The notes below the pieces were generated by a model that saw only the letters and a list, made by a program, of their open reading frames with translations, made no database searches and was not told the DNA's origin. A DNA stretch of 64,000 bases, from IMG/VR virus record IMGVR_UViG_3300022744_000022, positions 62,001-126,000 of that record, one strand, 5' to 3'. Positions 1 to 9,936 of the stretch are shown here, one piece after another (position 1 is the stretch's first letter; every line of letters starts with the position of its first letter). Position numbers and translations under genes: made by a program.

Positions 1-543
1 ATGTGCCCGGGATCGTACCGTGTAGTGGTGAGTCGAGATCTCTTACGACAGACGGATGAACCGTGGTCTGGTTTGGAGCTTCGCGACACGCTGCTGATCT
101 TGACTTCGAGCAGAGTGCTGTATGGCTTTTTGTTTCGGGTGCCTCTCCGCGAGGACACTGTTGCCGATCAAATCGCAAAGACGGGCAGCGGTGCTTTGGC
201 GATCGATGCTTGTCGCGTGCTGGGGTCGGGACGCTGGCCGCCAAACCTTTTGCTGGTGCATCACACAACTTGTGGGTCTCAACCTGAGCAATGCCACCCG
301 ACTTGTCCGGTTCGTAAGCTTGACGCTCAAAGCGGCGTCATAACGAGCGGAAAGGTCGCACCCCACCATCGCCGTAATAACACTATGAACCCAGCAGACG
401 GCGGGTATCACGGCCACTTTGGGGACTCGCAACTCATCGGGTATGGTGACTCCGGGGGTGCGTCACGGTTTTACCCTCAGTTTAGATCTTTGGTTGAGTG
501 TGTGACCTGGTTGCAAACTTTGGTGGCTACGCCGCGCGTCTAG
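1..543 (+). CDS. DNA methyltransferase-related protein (probably 5'-truncated or degenerate)
   Basis: TGSGALAIDACRV, GRWPPNLLL, CHPTCPV and GDSGGASRFY resemble the insert region of phage N4/N6 DNA methylases; no catalytic DPPY or SAM-binding motif in the window. Confidence 0.5.
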   Translation: MCPGSYRVVVSRDLLRQTDEPWSGLELRDTLLILTSSRVLYGFLFRVPLREDTVADQIAKTGSGALAIDACRVLGSGRWPPNLLLVHHTTCGSQPEQCHPTCPVRKLDAQSGVITSGKVAPHHRRNNTMNPADGGYHGHFGDSQLIGYGDSGGASRFYPQFRSLVECVTWLQTLVATPRV

Positions 544-585
544 GCTTCACTTTCTCCTAATCAAATGTGGTTAGGGAGGTGTCGC

Positions 586-975
586 ATGGACGGTATTGCG
601 GAATTCATCAACACTAACGTACTCCCCCACTGGCCGTTCGTGGCTGCGATGGTGATCTTCATGATCATCGGCGAGGTCACGACGAAGAACATCTTCACGC
701 GAGATGCGCACAAGACCAACAAGCCCGTGTGGCTGTTCTGGTGGGGCCGTAAGACTCTGGCGCTCCACCCAATCATCGCGGGTATGGTTCTCGGGCTCAT
801 GTGGCGGAACCCCGAGGCAGGGGTGGATACGCTCGTGGAGTCCATGGCGTACTTTGCGATGGCGGGCGGCTTTTCAGTTTGGGCCTATGAATTTCTGAAA
901 GGCATGGCCAAGAAGGAAGGGATCGACATCGATCTTCCTGGCGTTGACGACTCAACACCCCCTCCGGCGAACTGA
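586..975 (+). CDS. small multi-pass membrane protein (holin-like)
   Basis: GGAGG at 575-579, ATG 586; three hydrophobic segments and a charged C-terminal tail. Confidence 0.55.
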   Translation: MDGIAEFINTNVLPHWPFVAAMVIFMIIGEVTTKNIFTRDAHKTNKPVWLFWWGRKTLALHPIIAGMVLGLMWRNPEAGVDTLVESMAYFAMAGGFSVWAYEFLKGMAKKEGIDIDLPGVDDSTPPPAN

Positions 976-976
976 G

Positions 977-1552
977 ATGCCCCAAGCGACCCCTCCCCCG
1001 CCAATGCCTCCGGAACCCACGGCTCCCCCCGAGCCTGGGTTCTGGCAGGTTGTGGGTGCCAAGCTAGCGGCATTTGCCAAGTGGGCAGCTCGGGTGCTTG
1101 TGGCCCCGGGGGTCGCGTTGCTCCTGATCGTGGGGGCCGTGATGCTGGTGGCCCTAGGGCTCAAGAACGTTCAGATCGGCGGCCTGCTCGGGATGCTCTT
1201 TGGTAAGAAAAAGCCCGAGCACACGGCGATCGACACCGCCAACTCGGTGCCTAAGGACCGAGTAGACGACAAGGGCAAGATCATTCCCATCGGTGAGCCC
1301 GACTCGAAGGGGATGACGCAAGCGGTCGTGGTGCCGATCCAGAACCCAGGTATTCTCTCCAATCCTGATCACGTTGTGTTCACGCCGCCGGGCGAGACCA
1401 AGCCGATTGAGATTCAGCTACCTGACGGCGTGAAGGCCAAGGATGTTGAGAAGGTGATCGTCGTGAAGCCCACGAAATTCGTTGTGACGGTGAAGGACAA
1501 GTCTGGGATCACCGGCAAGCATGTCGATGACCTCTTGAAGAAGTACGGCTGA
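977..1552 (+). CDS. membrane-anchored protein
   Basis: Pro-rich N-terminus, long hydrophobic stretch (VLVAPGVALLLIVGAVMLVALGL), then a soluble beta-rich domain. Confidence 0.6.
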   Translation: MPQATPPPPMPPEPTAPPEPGFWQVVGAKLAAFAKWAARVLVAPGVALLLIVGAVMLVALGLKNVQIGGLLGMLFGKKKPEHTAIDTANSVPKDRVDDKGKIIPIGEPDSKGMTQAVVVPIQNPGILSNPDHVVFTPPGETKPIEIQLPDGVKAKDVEKVIVVKPTKFVVTVKDKSGITGKHVDDLLKKYG

Positions 1553-1563
1553 TCGGGAGGCCC

Positions 1564-2205
1564 ATGATGCTGCACCTACTGCCTTGGTTGTTCCTGCTCC
1601 CGATGACGCCGATGCAGGCTGCGGGGCCAGATCAGGTCGTGGTGGTCGAGGAAGATCCGGCCCCCGCACAGCTCTGCCCTGAGGGCTTTATTTGCGTTCC
1701 GCCGGAGGACATGGCGGTGTTCGTTCAGCTCTTGCGGGACCAGAAGTGTCGGGCCGAGACAGAGCCTAAGATCATCGCTGACTCCGTGGTGATCATTGTG
1801 GACCGCCAGGGTCGGGTCTACGGATCAGGTACAGGACCCAAGCCCTACAAGCTGCACGTAGACTGGTGCAACTACCAGCTCGACGCCGAGTCCGAAATTC
1901 ATTTGGATGTGGCGCAACGAGTTGAGCCCACGTGGGGTTTTCGGCTGCGGGTCAAGGCCACCGCTGGTGTACTGGCGGTGGACGCCTTCACGGTCAACAA
2001 GCTCTACGAGGCTCTTGATGGGGGCATCCTGGTTGAGCCGTTTTTCATTCAATGGGCAAACCTCAATGCGTTCGTTGGGTTTCGCTCGTTTGGTGCCGGT
2101 GTTGGCGCTGATGTCACCACCAACATGGGGCTGTATCTGGGCTATGCGTTGACGTGGGGAACCTGGCGGTCCAACCCCTACTTGGGCGTATCGTTCGCCT
2201 TCTGA
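1564..2205 (+). CDS. secreted protein with outer-membrane beta-strand C-terminus
   Basis: GGGAGG SD; signal-peptide-like N-terminus; alternating beta-strands ending YLGVSFAF (terminal Phe). Confidence 0.6.
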   Translation: MMLHLLPWLFLLPMTPMQAAGPDQVVVVEEDPAPAQLCPEGFICVPPEDMAVFVQLLRDQKCRAETEPKIIADSVVIIVDRQGRVYGSGTGPKPYKLHVDWCNYQLDAESEIHLDVAQRVEPTWGFRLRVKATAGVLAVDAFTVNKLYEALDGGILVEPFFIQWANLNAFVGFRSFGAGVGADVTTNMGLYLGYALTWGTWRSNPYLGVSFAF

Positions 2206-2217
2206 GGTCTTGGTGAA

Positions 2218-2661
2218 ATGAAGTCATCTGCTGGTCTGCACCTGATCATGGACGGCTATGTGAAGGACCCTGGGGTGTTCACCCGGGAGAATCTGGCGCG
2301 GCTCTTTGCTCAGCTCATACAGGCTCTGGAGATGAAGGCCCTCGACGTGCCCAAGTTCTACGAGGTTGACGTAGACCCGGCGGTCTTGGAGCGCGTGAAG
2401 GCTACCGGCAAGTTCGAGGACGAGGGCGGGACAACTGGTTTCCAGGTGATCAGCACCAGTCACATGGCGCTGCACTCGTGGCCTCTACAGGCCTTCTTCA
2501 GCCTGGATGTTTTTTCCTGCAAGACGTTCAACGCGGACTTGGCAATTTCTCTCGTGAAAGAGTCGCTGGGCGTCTACACGGACAACACGGTTGTGTTGCA
2601 CCGCGAGAAGCCCGCCAATCGGGACGACAGCCTGTCCATAACTCACCACTTCAAATTCTAG
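2218..2661 (+). CDS. speD: S-adenosylmethionine decarboxylase proenzyme family
   Basis: GLHLIMD...GTTGFQVISTSHMALHSWP...LDVFSCK matches the pyruvoyl AdoMetDC signature. Confidence 0.85.
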   Translation: MKSSAGLHLIMDGYVKDPGVFTRENLARLFAQLIQALEMKALDVPKFYEVDVDPAVLERVKATGKFEDEGGTTGFQVISTSHMALHSWPLQAFFSLDVFSCKTFNADLAISLVKESLGVYTDNTVVLHREKPANRDDSLSITHHFKF

Positions 2662-2668
2662 GGTAGCG

Positions 2669-3796
2669 ATGGAACACGCGATACTTCTGCTTGCAATGTC
2701 GCTGGATGAAGCCAAGGCGAAACTTGGCTTTCCGCCCGGTAGCAACCCGAGCCCCCAAGAGGTCAAGGAAGCGTATCGGCGCAAGGCGCTTGAAGCGCAC
2801 CCTGATCGTGGTGGGGACGAGGAAGCCATCAAGGAGATCAACGTCGCGAAGGACATCCTGGACGGCAAGGCTCGGCCGACCTACGACCGTCGCCCTTCGT
2901 CTCCAGGCCCTTCCAGGACCCCCTGGCCCACTGAGGAACAGCAACGCGGCAAGCCGTACGAGCAGCCCAAGAAGAAGGAAGTCTCGTTCGATGCTGCTCA
3001 GGCCAAGGCTGGGATCCCGAGCGGTGTGGAATGGCAGTTTGTGACGCCGCCGCAGCGTGGCGTGGGCTACAGTTCGGACGAGTTCTACCGCAGTGACAAC
3101 TGCTTCGTGGCCTACGGGCGTACGGACAGCAAGCACTGCTTCGTGGCGGCTCGGCATTTCGAGTACCAACAGTCCTTCATTGGGGCGGGTCCTGGCGAGG
3201 ACACTTGGACCCTAAAGTCGTTCGAGTACCCCATCAAGGACGAGTCCAAGGAGAGCCAGAACCCTGCGTGGCTCTACGGGAACGTGGTGCGGGCGCTCAA
3301 GGGCATAGACTTCAAGGGTAAATTCAACTCGAAGGTGCTCGACGCCAAGGGTTGGAAGCTTGGGGACAGGTTGCCAAACGGGGCCGCCACCTCGATCAAG
3401 CACTGGCTTGTGGGTAGCGGTCAAGTTGCGGGAGACGCCCCGTCAGTGGCGGGACGCAAGCAAGTTGTGGAGTTCCAGGTCGATAGCACGTTCATCGAGA
3501 AGCCGGGTTACTACGCAAACCCGAAGGCGACCTACAGCAGCGACTTCTACAAGATGACGCTCATCATCAACGGTCGTCCTTTCGAGTTGAGTGAGCGGGA
3601 CACTTTGAAGTTCTTCACGGAGTTCAAGGGCGGCCTTCGCTGGATCTTCGGCGAGTATGCCTACCAAGGCGGCAAGAAGAACCTGACGCGCATGCCTAAG
3701 GGTAAGGCCACCCTTCAGTGGATGGCCCAGAACTTTAGCCTGCCCCCTGATGCCCTGGCCAGTTTGCAGGCCGCCTCTGATCAGATGAAGGGTTGA
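2669..3796 (+). CDS. J-domain (DnaJ N-terminal) protein with unknown C-terminal domains
   Basis: LG...EVKEAYRRKALEAHPDRGG...INVAKDIL, with HPD motif. Confidence 0.8.
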   Translation: MEHAILLLAMSLDEAKAKLGFPPGSNPSPQEVKEAYRRKALEAHPDRGGDEEAIKEINVAKDILDGKARPTYDRRPSSPGPSRTPWPTEEQQRGKPYEQPKKKEVSFDAAQAKAGIPSGVEWQFVTPPQRGVGYSSDEFYRSDNCFVAYGRTDSKHCFVAARHFEYQQSFIGAGPGEDTWTLKSFEYPIKDESKESQNPAWLYGNVVRALKGIDFKGKFNSKVLDAKGWKLGDRLPNGAATSIKHWLVGSGQVAGDAPSVAGRKQVVEFQVDSTFIEKPGYYANPKATYSSDFYKMTLIINGRPFELSERDTLKFFTEFKGGLRWIFGEYAYQGGKKNLTRMPKGKATLQWMAQNFSLPPDALASLQAASDQMKG

Positions 3797-3801
3797 CCCC
3801 G

Positions 3802-4437
3802 ATGACGAATCCCGCGAAAGCATTTCAAGAAGCTCTGGAGCGTCAGGCGGCCGAAGCGGCCGATCAACGTTGGCAGTACAACTTCATCGGCGGCCAAAAC
3901 CAGGTCACGATGATGGTGTCTGTTACCGCTGCCGAGGCCGACGGTTGGCGGGCAGACCTCGGTATTTCTGAGGGTGGTAAAGTGATCGATCACGGATCGA
4001 TCAAAAGCGAATGGGCTAGGACGTTCGAGGGTGCCGTTTCTCTCGCCAAGAGCATGGCGAAGAAGGCTAAAATTACTTGGTCGCCCAAGCACTATTCGAC
4101 CGCCAAGGATCACAAGCCAGGTGAGCCGCCTCCGGATGGGGTTAAGCGCCAAGCGTTCGAGCGGATCGCCAAGAACCTTGACCCCAAGGTCATCAAGCGT
4201 CTCCGCCGTATGACGCATGAGAACAACGCCTCGGAAGCCTACGTGGTGGGCGCTGAGGCGATTGGTGCGAAACACTTGGCCGAGAAGTTCAAGCTGATCC
4301 AGCAGCTCGTGAAGCTAGAGGGGCACAAGCCCTCAGGACTCAACGACTACCAGTACAGCTTGTACCAAGAGATGATGCACCAGGCGAAGCAGACGCTTGA
4401 CGAGGCGGACTTCCAGGAGTTCTACCAGTCGTTCTGA
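3802..4437 (+). CDS. hypothetical protein
   Basis: ORF tightly packed after the J-domain gene, phage-like codon usage. Confidence 0.65.
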   Translation: MTNPAKAFQEALERQAAEAADQRWQYNFIGGQNQVTMMVSVTAAEADGWRADLGISEGGKVIDHGSIKSEWARTFEGAVSLAKSMAKKAKITWSPKHYSTAKDHKPGEPPPDGVKRQAFERIAKNLDPKVIKRLRRMTHENNASEAYVVGAEAIGAKHLAEKFKLIQQLVKLEGHKPSGLNDYQYSLYQEMMHQAKQTLDEADFQEFYQSF

Positions 4438-4455
4438 GGGCGCACTTCGGAACTT

Positions 4456-4461
4456 GGTGTA
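4456..4461 (+). promoter_or_regulatory. GGTGTA motif (putative phage promoter element, leaderless start)
   Basis: 9 nt before ATG 4471, no SD; one of many equally spaced copies. Confidence 0.6.
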
Positions 4462-4470
4462 GACCGCCCC

Positions 4471-6276
4471 ATGGCGGCCCCCAAAGAAGATGTCGTAAGC
4501 AAGCACGAGAAGGCTTACGAGTTCCTAAAGCAGGTCCGGGCGAGCAAGACCGTTACGCTCAAGCCCACCGCTATGTTGCGGTCCGAGATCGTGGGGCTGG
4601 ACGGGACGAGTCGCCCGCTCAAGATCCGGTATTACCAGGTGCAGGCCATCATGCACCTCTTGACCATGAAGCGCATGGTCCTGGGGGACGCGACGGGCAC
4701 GGGTAAAACGCTCGTCCTGATCGCCTCGCTTTGCTACGCCTGGGACAAGGAGCCCACTAACAAGGGCGTGGTGGTGTGCCCCAAATCGGCGCTCCGGCAG
4801 TGGGAAGCTGAAATCCTGAAGTTCGCGGTGGGCATCAAGACCTTTTTGGTAGACGGCACACCGGCGGAACGCAAGGAAGTGTACGAGGCCTTTCAGGCCC
4901 ACCCCACGACCCCAGGGGGCGAGAAAGCGGTGCTCCTGATCGGATACGCCCCGTTGGTCCGGGACTGGAACCAGGGCTCTACTAGGCCCTTGCTGCCCAG
5001 CGGCCAGCCCAACATGAAGGTGCCCCAGACTCCCGGTTTGCTCTCGGGTATCATGGGGTCCATTCCGAACCTGACCGTTACGTTTGACGAGGCCACGGCG
5101 TTCAAGTCCACCAAGACCAAGACGTGGCAAGTCGCGAGCGAGCTGTCTGCGTACGCGAACCGTTGTTACGGCCTGACCGCGACCCTGTTGAAGAACAACC
5201 TGATCGAGGGCTTCGCGATTTTCAAGGTCATCTACCCGCAGGTCTTCACCACCGTCACGGCGTTCCACCGCGACTACTGCGTGACCAAAATGCAACCCGT
5301 GGGTGGGGGTCGGAAGATCCCCATCGTGGTTGGGTACCGGAATCTCGAAGCGTTCCGAGCCCGCATCGACATGTTCTTCTTGGGCCGGGCCAAACACCTG
5401 ATCTCGGACGAGTTGCCCAAGCTCATCACCAAAGAGGTTCAGGTTGACCTGTCCGAGGCCGAAGACGCCAAGTACGTTGAGGCGCTGACCGGGATCCTCC
5501 AGTTGGGGGACGGGCAGATCAAGGACTATGAGGAACACAAGAAGCTTGTGGCCCTCATTTACTGCCAGCAGACCGTCGATTCGCTTTCGTTGCTCAAGTA
5601 CAAGGAAGGCGACGCTCTTGAGCTAGGCCTCTACCACGACGAAATCGTCGAGGTGGCGGGCGTCGGCTCAAAAGAGCAGGCGTTGCTGGATCTTCTGGCC
5701 GAGGAATTCGATGACGAGAAGGTGATCGTGTACACACGCTTTGCCTCGCTTGTCCCGAGGCTCCAGGAGCTGTGCAAGAAGCAGGGGATTGAGTCGGTGG
5801 CGGTGACGGGCCAGGTGGTGGACACGAAGGCCAATCCGGCGCGTCAGAAGGCCCAGCAGGCCTTCCAGGACCTCAACTCGAAGGTCAGGGTCATCTTCAT
5901 CACGGATGCGGGCTCGGAGGCCATCAACCTTCAAGCCGCTTCGGCCATGATTTTCTACAACGCCCCGTGGAGCTGGGGCAACTACGTGCAGCTTTTGGGT
6001 CGCCCGATCAGGATCGGGTCACCTCACCAGCACGTGGTGGCGGTGCATCTTGTGGCCCAGCGCCCCAAAGCCAAGGGCAAAGAGCGGAAAACCATCGACC
6101 ACTACACGTTGGCGATCCTCCAGAAGAAGAAGGACTTGATCGACAAGGTGCTCGGGGAGTCCGCTGTAGGGGCCCTGGACTTCGATTCTGGCGAGAGTTT
6201 CGCCCATTTGCTCATGGACGAGCTACAGAAGTCGGTCAAGGGTCCGCGTGGTGTAGCTAAGCCCCGTGCCACCTGA
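4471..6276 (+). CDS. SNF2-family SF2 helicase
   Basis: LGDATGTGKT, VVCPKS, FDEAT, TATLLKNN, AGSEAINLQ, QLLGRPIRIG. Confidence 0.9.
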   Translation: MAAPKEDVVSKHEKAYEFLKQVRASKTVTLKPTAMLRSEIVGLDGTSRPLKIRYYQVQAIMHLLTMKRMVLGDATGTGKTLVLIASLCYAWDKEPTNKGVVVCPKSALRQWEAEILKFAVGIKTFLVDGTPAERKEVYEAFQAHPTTPGGEKAVLLIGYAPLVRDWNQGSTRPLLPSGQPNMKVPQTPGLLSGIMGSIPNLTVTFDEATAFKSTKTKTWQVASELSAYANRCYGLTATLLKNNLIEGFAIFKVIYPQVFTTVTAFHRDYCVTKMQPVGGGRKIPIVVGYRNLEAFRARIDMFFLGRAKHLISDELPKLITKEVQVDLSEAEDAKYVEALTGILQLGDGQIKDYEEHKKLVALIYCQQTVDSLSLLKYKEGDALELGLYHDEIVEVAGVGSKEQALLDLLAEEFDDEKVIVYTRFASLVPRLQELCKKQGIESVAVTGQVVDTKANPARQKAQQAFQDLNSKVRVIFITDAGSEAINLQAASAMIFYNAPWSWGNYVQLLGRPIRIGSPHQHVVAVHLVAQRPKAKGKERKTIDHYTLAILQKKKDLIDKVLGESAVGALDFDSGESFAHLLMDELQKSVKGPRGVAKPRAT

Positions 6277-7165
6277 GGTCAACAGTTCAAACTGCCCGCT
6301 CTGTAAAGGGGCCCAATGGTTGTACGAGACCAAGGGCGAGGAAGTGATCCCGACCCGGTGTCGGTGCTTGGAGCGGAAGCTTCTGCACGACTTCCTGGGC
6401 CCGGAAATCTATCGCGCTCCCTGGGTCCCGTCGTCCCTGTACAACATCACGACCAACGAGGCCGGGGAGGTCGCGGGGGACCGGACAGAGGAAAACCTGT
6501 TCCTCAAGGGTTCGTGGGCCGTGGTTTGCCAGCACCTTCATTGGGCGCTCTCAGCTAAGCGTCTGTATAGCCCTAGGTTCAACTTCAAGATCGTGGGCAA
6601 CGACAAGCTCATGACAGTGTGGCTGGGTCTGGAGTCCTACACGCAACGGTCAACGGCGACTCGCAACGAGATCGAGACCAACAACAGCCTGGACGATCTT
6701 CTCGGCAACGCCGCTCTCGTGATCATCCGCCTCGATGGCCTTGAGCACCAGAACAAAGCGGCGGCCAACGTTCTGAAAGAGGCGCTCAAGGTCCGGGAAT
6801 TTGGGTACAAACCTACGTGGCTTGCCGAGTGCGGCCGTCGGTTTGGGCCCGGGCACCCGTCCTACAATGAAGCGGTTGGGGACTACATCGAAGAACGCTT
6901 CGACATTGTGGATCTCAGCGACGAAGATCCTAAGACCAGAGCGCAGCAAGCAGCCCTGGATGCAGCGGCCCAAGACATTATGGAGTCCGGTGAGGTCTCG
7001 ATGGGGGCCGATGTGGAAACGCCGCGTCTCGTGGACCCGCCAACTTCCAAGGAGCGCTTTTTTGCAGACCCCGAACCGGACCCTGAACCTGATTCTAGGC
7101 GTTACGTGCCAGGCGGTAAGGGTAAAAAACGCAACAAGGGCAAAGGCCAAGCGGAGCTTGAATAA
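6266..7165 (+). CDS. helicase-loader (DnaC/IstB-like) related protein, degenerate ATPase
   Basis: N-terminal CPLCKG...CRC Zn motif; directly upstream of DnaB; no recognisable Walker A. Confidence 0.45.
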   Translation: MPPEVNSSNCPLCKGAQWLYETKGEEVIPTRCRCLERKLLHDFLGPEIYRAPWVPSSLYNITTNEAGEVAGDRTEENLFLKGSWAVVCQHLHWALSAKRLYSPRFNFKIVGNDKLMTVWLGLESYTQRSTATRNEIETNNSLDDLLGNAALVIIRLDGLEHQNKAAANVLKEALKVREFGYKPTWLAECGRRFGPGHPSYNEAVGDYIEERFDIVDLSDEDPKTRAQQAALDAAAQDIMESGEVSMGADVETPRLVDPPTSKERFFADPEPDPEPDSRRYVPGGKGKKRNKGKGQAELE

Positions 7166-9936
7166 TGCCTAAGCGTCTACTTCGTTCCATCATCGAGTTC
7201 GATTCTGAGATCTCCTCGGAGAACCTCGTCCGTAACTTCCAACGTCTGCGGAAGGCCGTGGACGTTGGGCAGCTCGATTGGGGTCGTCCCGAAGACGAGA
7301 AGCTCTACAAGTACGCTCTCGGCTTCTTCATCCAGCACTTCGAGCTGCCGTCGGCTCAGACCTGCCTCGACTACTTTCAGAGCGTCAACAACGTTGAAGT
7401 CATCGAGCGTCTCAAGGATGTTCAGGTCGAGAAGCCGTACGCCCGCACGAACTTCGTGCATCTCTTGCGGACCCTGCAAGAGGATCAGGCCCGCCTAAAG
7501 GCCGTCGCGTTGCTCAAAGAGACGCACGAGATCCTGGTCAAGGGGATTGAAGACAAGAAGTCTGGGGTGGTTCAGAAGGGCGTTGAAGACGCCATCCTGC
7601 ACTTCACCAAGCGTTCGCAAGAGATCAGGGTCAACGACCACAACGTTCAGATCCACGGTGACATCCGGCAGGACGCTGAGCGGATGAAAGAGGAATACGC
7701 GACCGCTGAGAACGACAAGGGTAAGGTCATTGGCGTCCTGTCGGGCATCAACGAGCTGGATGAGTCTTGCAAGGGTGCCAAAAAGGGCGAGCTGTGGATG
7801 CACGCTGCATTTCCGGGCGAACTCAAGTGCGTTGCCGGGGATGCTACCCTTTTCGATCACGCAACCGGCAGGCTACGGACAGTTCGTGAGCTATTCGAGT
7901 CCGGAGATCTGCCTATTGTGACTGCGCTTGACCGTGAAGGTGAAACCCACAAACTTGTGCAGGCCCAGACTTCGCACCTTGTTGAAAACGGGATCAGGGA
8001 TGTTTACGAGTTATCGTTATCGTCTGGTCGATCTCTTGGGGCGAGCAACAACCACAAAGTCTTCACCCCCAAGGGGTGGCAACAATTGGATGCGTTGAGT
8101 GTCGGTGATTGGGTGGCTGTGCCGTCCATCATGCGAGCCGAACCGCCCAGAGCCTTCACAGATAGTGAGGTCAAAGCTGTTGGTTACTTAATTGGGGATG
8201 GTGCAGTAGACTACTACATCACCCTCACGAACTCTTGCCAGGCTGTGCGAGAGGACTTCAAAGGCTGCCTTCGTGACTTTGGGCTGCAAGAAGGTGCGGC
8301 GGACTACATCACCCCTAACTTCACTGAGAACTTCCCGGAAGACAGGGCACCTTTCATCCGAGTTAGTCACAGCTCGGGGTTGGGGAGTGCCGCAGTCCCA
8401 ACCTCAAGCCTACGCACGCTTCTGGAAGAGCTGGGGGTTTGGGGTTGCACGTCTCGCACAAAGCAAGTCCCTCAAGCGTTCTTAGGGCTTCCGGATGATC
8501 AGGTGGCGCTCTTTCTAGGTGCCCTTTGGGCAACCGACGGATCGTGCCACACAGGGGATCATGAGCGTGAGGACCGGGAATCCTTGTGTTCGCGTAATGA
8601 CATTTCTTACGCCTCGGTTAGCCGGGCCTTGTGTCTTGGGGTTCAATCTCTACTTCTGCGCCTTGGCATCCAGTCTACGGTTACAACGGTACAGACAACC
8701 TATCGAGGGGAACCCTACACGTTTTATTGTGTTCGTGTGGTAACCAACCCCTCGAAGCGGGTATTCGTAGAGCGGATCCAGGTCGCGGGTAAGGAAGATC
8801 GGTTTGCCGAACTTCAGCGTAGATTGCCCTCGACAGACAACCGTCCTTTCCCAACTGACTTCATCCCGGAGGGTATGAAGATCCGCTGGGTTGGGGTGAA
8901 CGGGGAACGGTGGCGTTACGCCACTAACACCAAAAACCGCCCGTCGGCGCAAGCAGACACACTACGTCTTTTTGCCACTGATCCGACTGTAGCGAAAGCC
9001 TTGGACGGGGACTTGGCATGGGAACAGGTGGCGTCTGTGCGGCTCCGTGGGCAGGAGATGACCTACGACCTTTCGGTCCCAGGGCACCACTCGTTTGTGG
9101 TGAACGACATCGTGACCCATAACACGATGCTTGCCTCGAACTGGTGCTACAACGCGGTCACTCGGTTCAAGAAGAATGTCGTGTATGTCTCGTTCGAGAT
9201 GCCTCGCGATCAGATTCGCCGCAACATCTACACGATCCACACTTCCAACGCCCGCTTCCTCAACCAAGGGTACCAAGGACTCGACTACCGTAACATTCGT
9301 GACGGTAACCTGACGAAGGCCGAGAAGGAGTTCTACTTCGACGGGGTGATCCCGGACTTCACCACAAACCCCACGTACGGCACGTTCGAGGTCGTGACCC
9401 CGGACCGTGAGTGGACCATGGAGGATGTGCGGTCTGAGCTTGAGCTTCTCCACAAGGAATTCGAGGTTGGGCTCGTGGTGCTCGACCACGGTCAGTGGAT
9501 TGAGGCTAAGAAGACCAAGAAGAACAAGGACTACACGATTGAGTTGAATTCCGTAATCACGGACGCTAAGCGGTTGGCTCTGAACTTTGATCACAACTCG
9601 GGCGTTCCTGTCTTGATGTTGTTCCAGATCAACCGTACGGGCAAAACGGACGCGGACAAGAACGAGGGCGTCTACAAGATGAACGCCTTGACTTACGCGA
9701 ACAACGCGGAGAAGACCGCTGACGTGATCACCACCACGTACCTCAACACTGAGATGCGTGCCGCTGGGATGACCAAGTTCACGAACCTCAAGAATCGAGA
9801 CAACCCGCTCTTTGACCCGTTTTCAGCCAACGTGAACTTTGGGTGGCGTCGTATCTCTAGCGGCAAGCGCATGGAGCCCCAGGGTTTTTCGGTGGACCAC
9901 CATTCCTCGTATCTGGGCGCTACGGAACAGGTCTAA
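7165..9936 (+). CDS. dnaB: DnaB-like replicative helicase containing an intein
   Basis: SGINELD...GELWMHAAFPGELK|TML (Walker A), YVSFEM, VVLDH, LFQINR, ADV, KNRD. Confidence 0.85.
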   Translation: MPKRLLRSIIEFDSEISSENLVRNFQRLRKAVDVGQLDWGRPEDEKLYKYALGFFIQHFELPSAQTCLDYFQSVNNVEVIERLKDVQVEKPYARTNFVHLLRTLQEDQARLKAVALLKETHEILVKGIEDKKSGVVQKGVEDAILHFTKRSQEIRVNDHNVQIHGDIRQDAERMKEEYATAENDKGKVIGVLSGINELDESCKGAKKGELWMHAAFPGELKCVAGDATLFDHATGRLRTVRELFESGDLPIVTALDREGETHKLVQAQTSHLVENGIRDVYELSLSSGRSLGASNNHKVFTPKGWQQLDALSVGDWVAVPSIMRAEPPRAFTDSEVKAVGYLIGDGAVDYYITLTNSCQAVREDFKGCLRDFGLQEGAADYITPNFTENFPEDRAPFIRVSHSSGLGSAAVPTSSLRTLLEELGVWGCTSRTKQVPQAFLGLPDDQVALFLGALWATDGSCHTGDHEREDRESLCSRNDISYASVSRALCLGVQSLLLRLGIQSTVTTVQTTYRGEPYTFYCVRVVTNPSKRVFVERIQVAGKEDRFAELQRRLPSTDNRPFPTDFIPEGMKIRWVGVNGERWRYATNTKNRPSAQADTLRLFATDPTVAKALDGDLAWEQVASVRLRGQEMTYDLSVPGHHSFVVNDIVTHNTMLASNWCYNAVTRFKKNVVYVSFEMPRDQIRRNIYTIHTSNARFLNQGYQGLDYRNIRDGNLTKAEKEFYFDGVIPDFTTNPTYGTFEVVTPDREWTMEDVRSELELLHKEFEVGLVVLDHGQWIEAKKTKKNKDYTIELNSVITDAKRLALNFDHNSGVPVLMLFQINRTGKTDADKNEGVYKMNALTYANNAEKTADVITTTYLNTEMRAAGMTKFTNLKNRDNPLFDPFSANVNFGWRRISSGKRMEPQGFSVDHHSSYLGATEQV
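7828..9123 (+). mobile_element. intein (432 aa) with LAGLIDADG homing endonuclease
   Basis: Starts CVAGDA, block B SNNHKVF, VGYLIGDG and FLGALWATDGS, ends TYDLSV...DIVTHN, +1 Thr. Confidence 0.93.

Noticed and set aside
1-543. Functional DNA methyltransferase
   Set aside because: Only accessory-region motifs are visible; the ORF ends without the SAM-binding motif and its 5' part lies outside the window.
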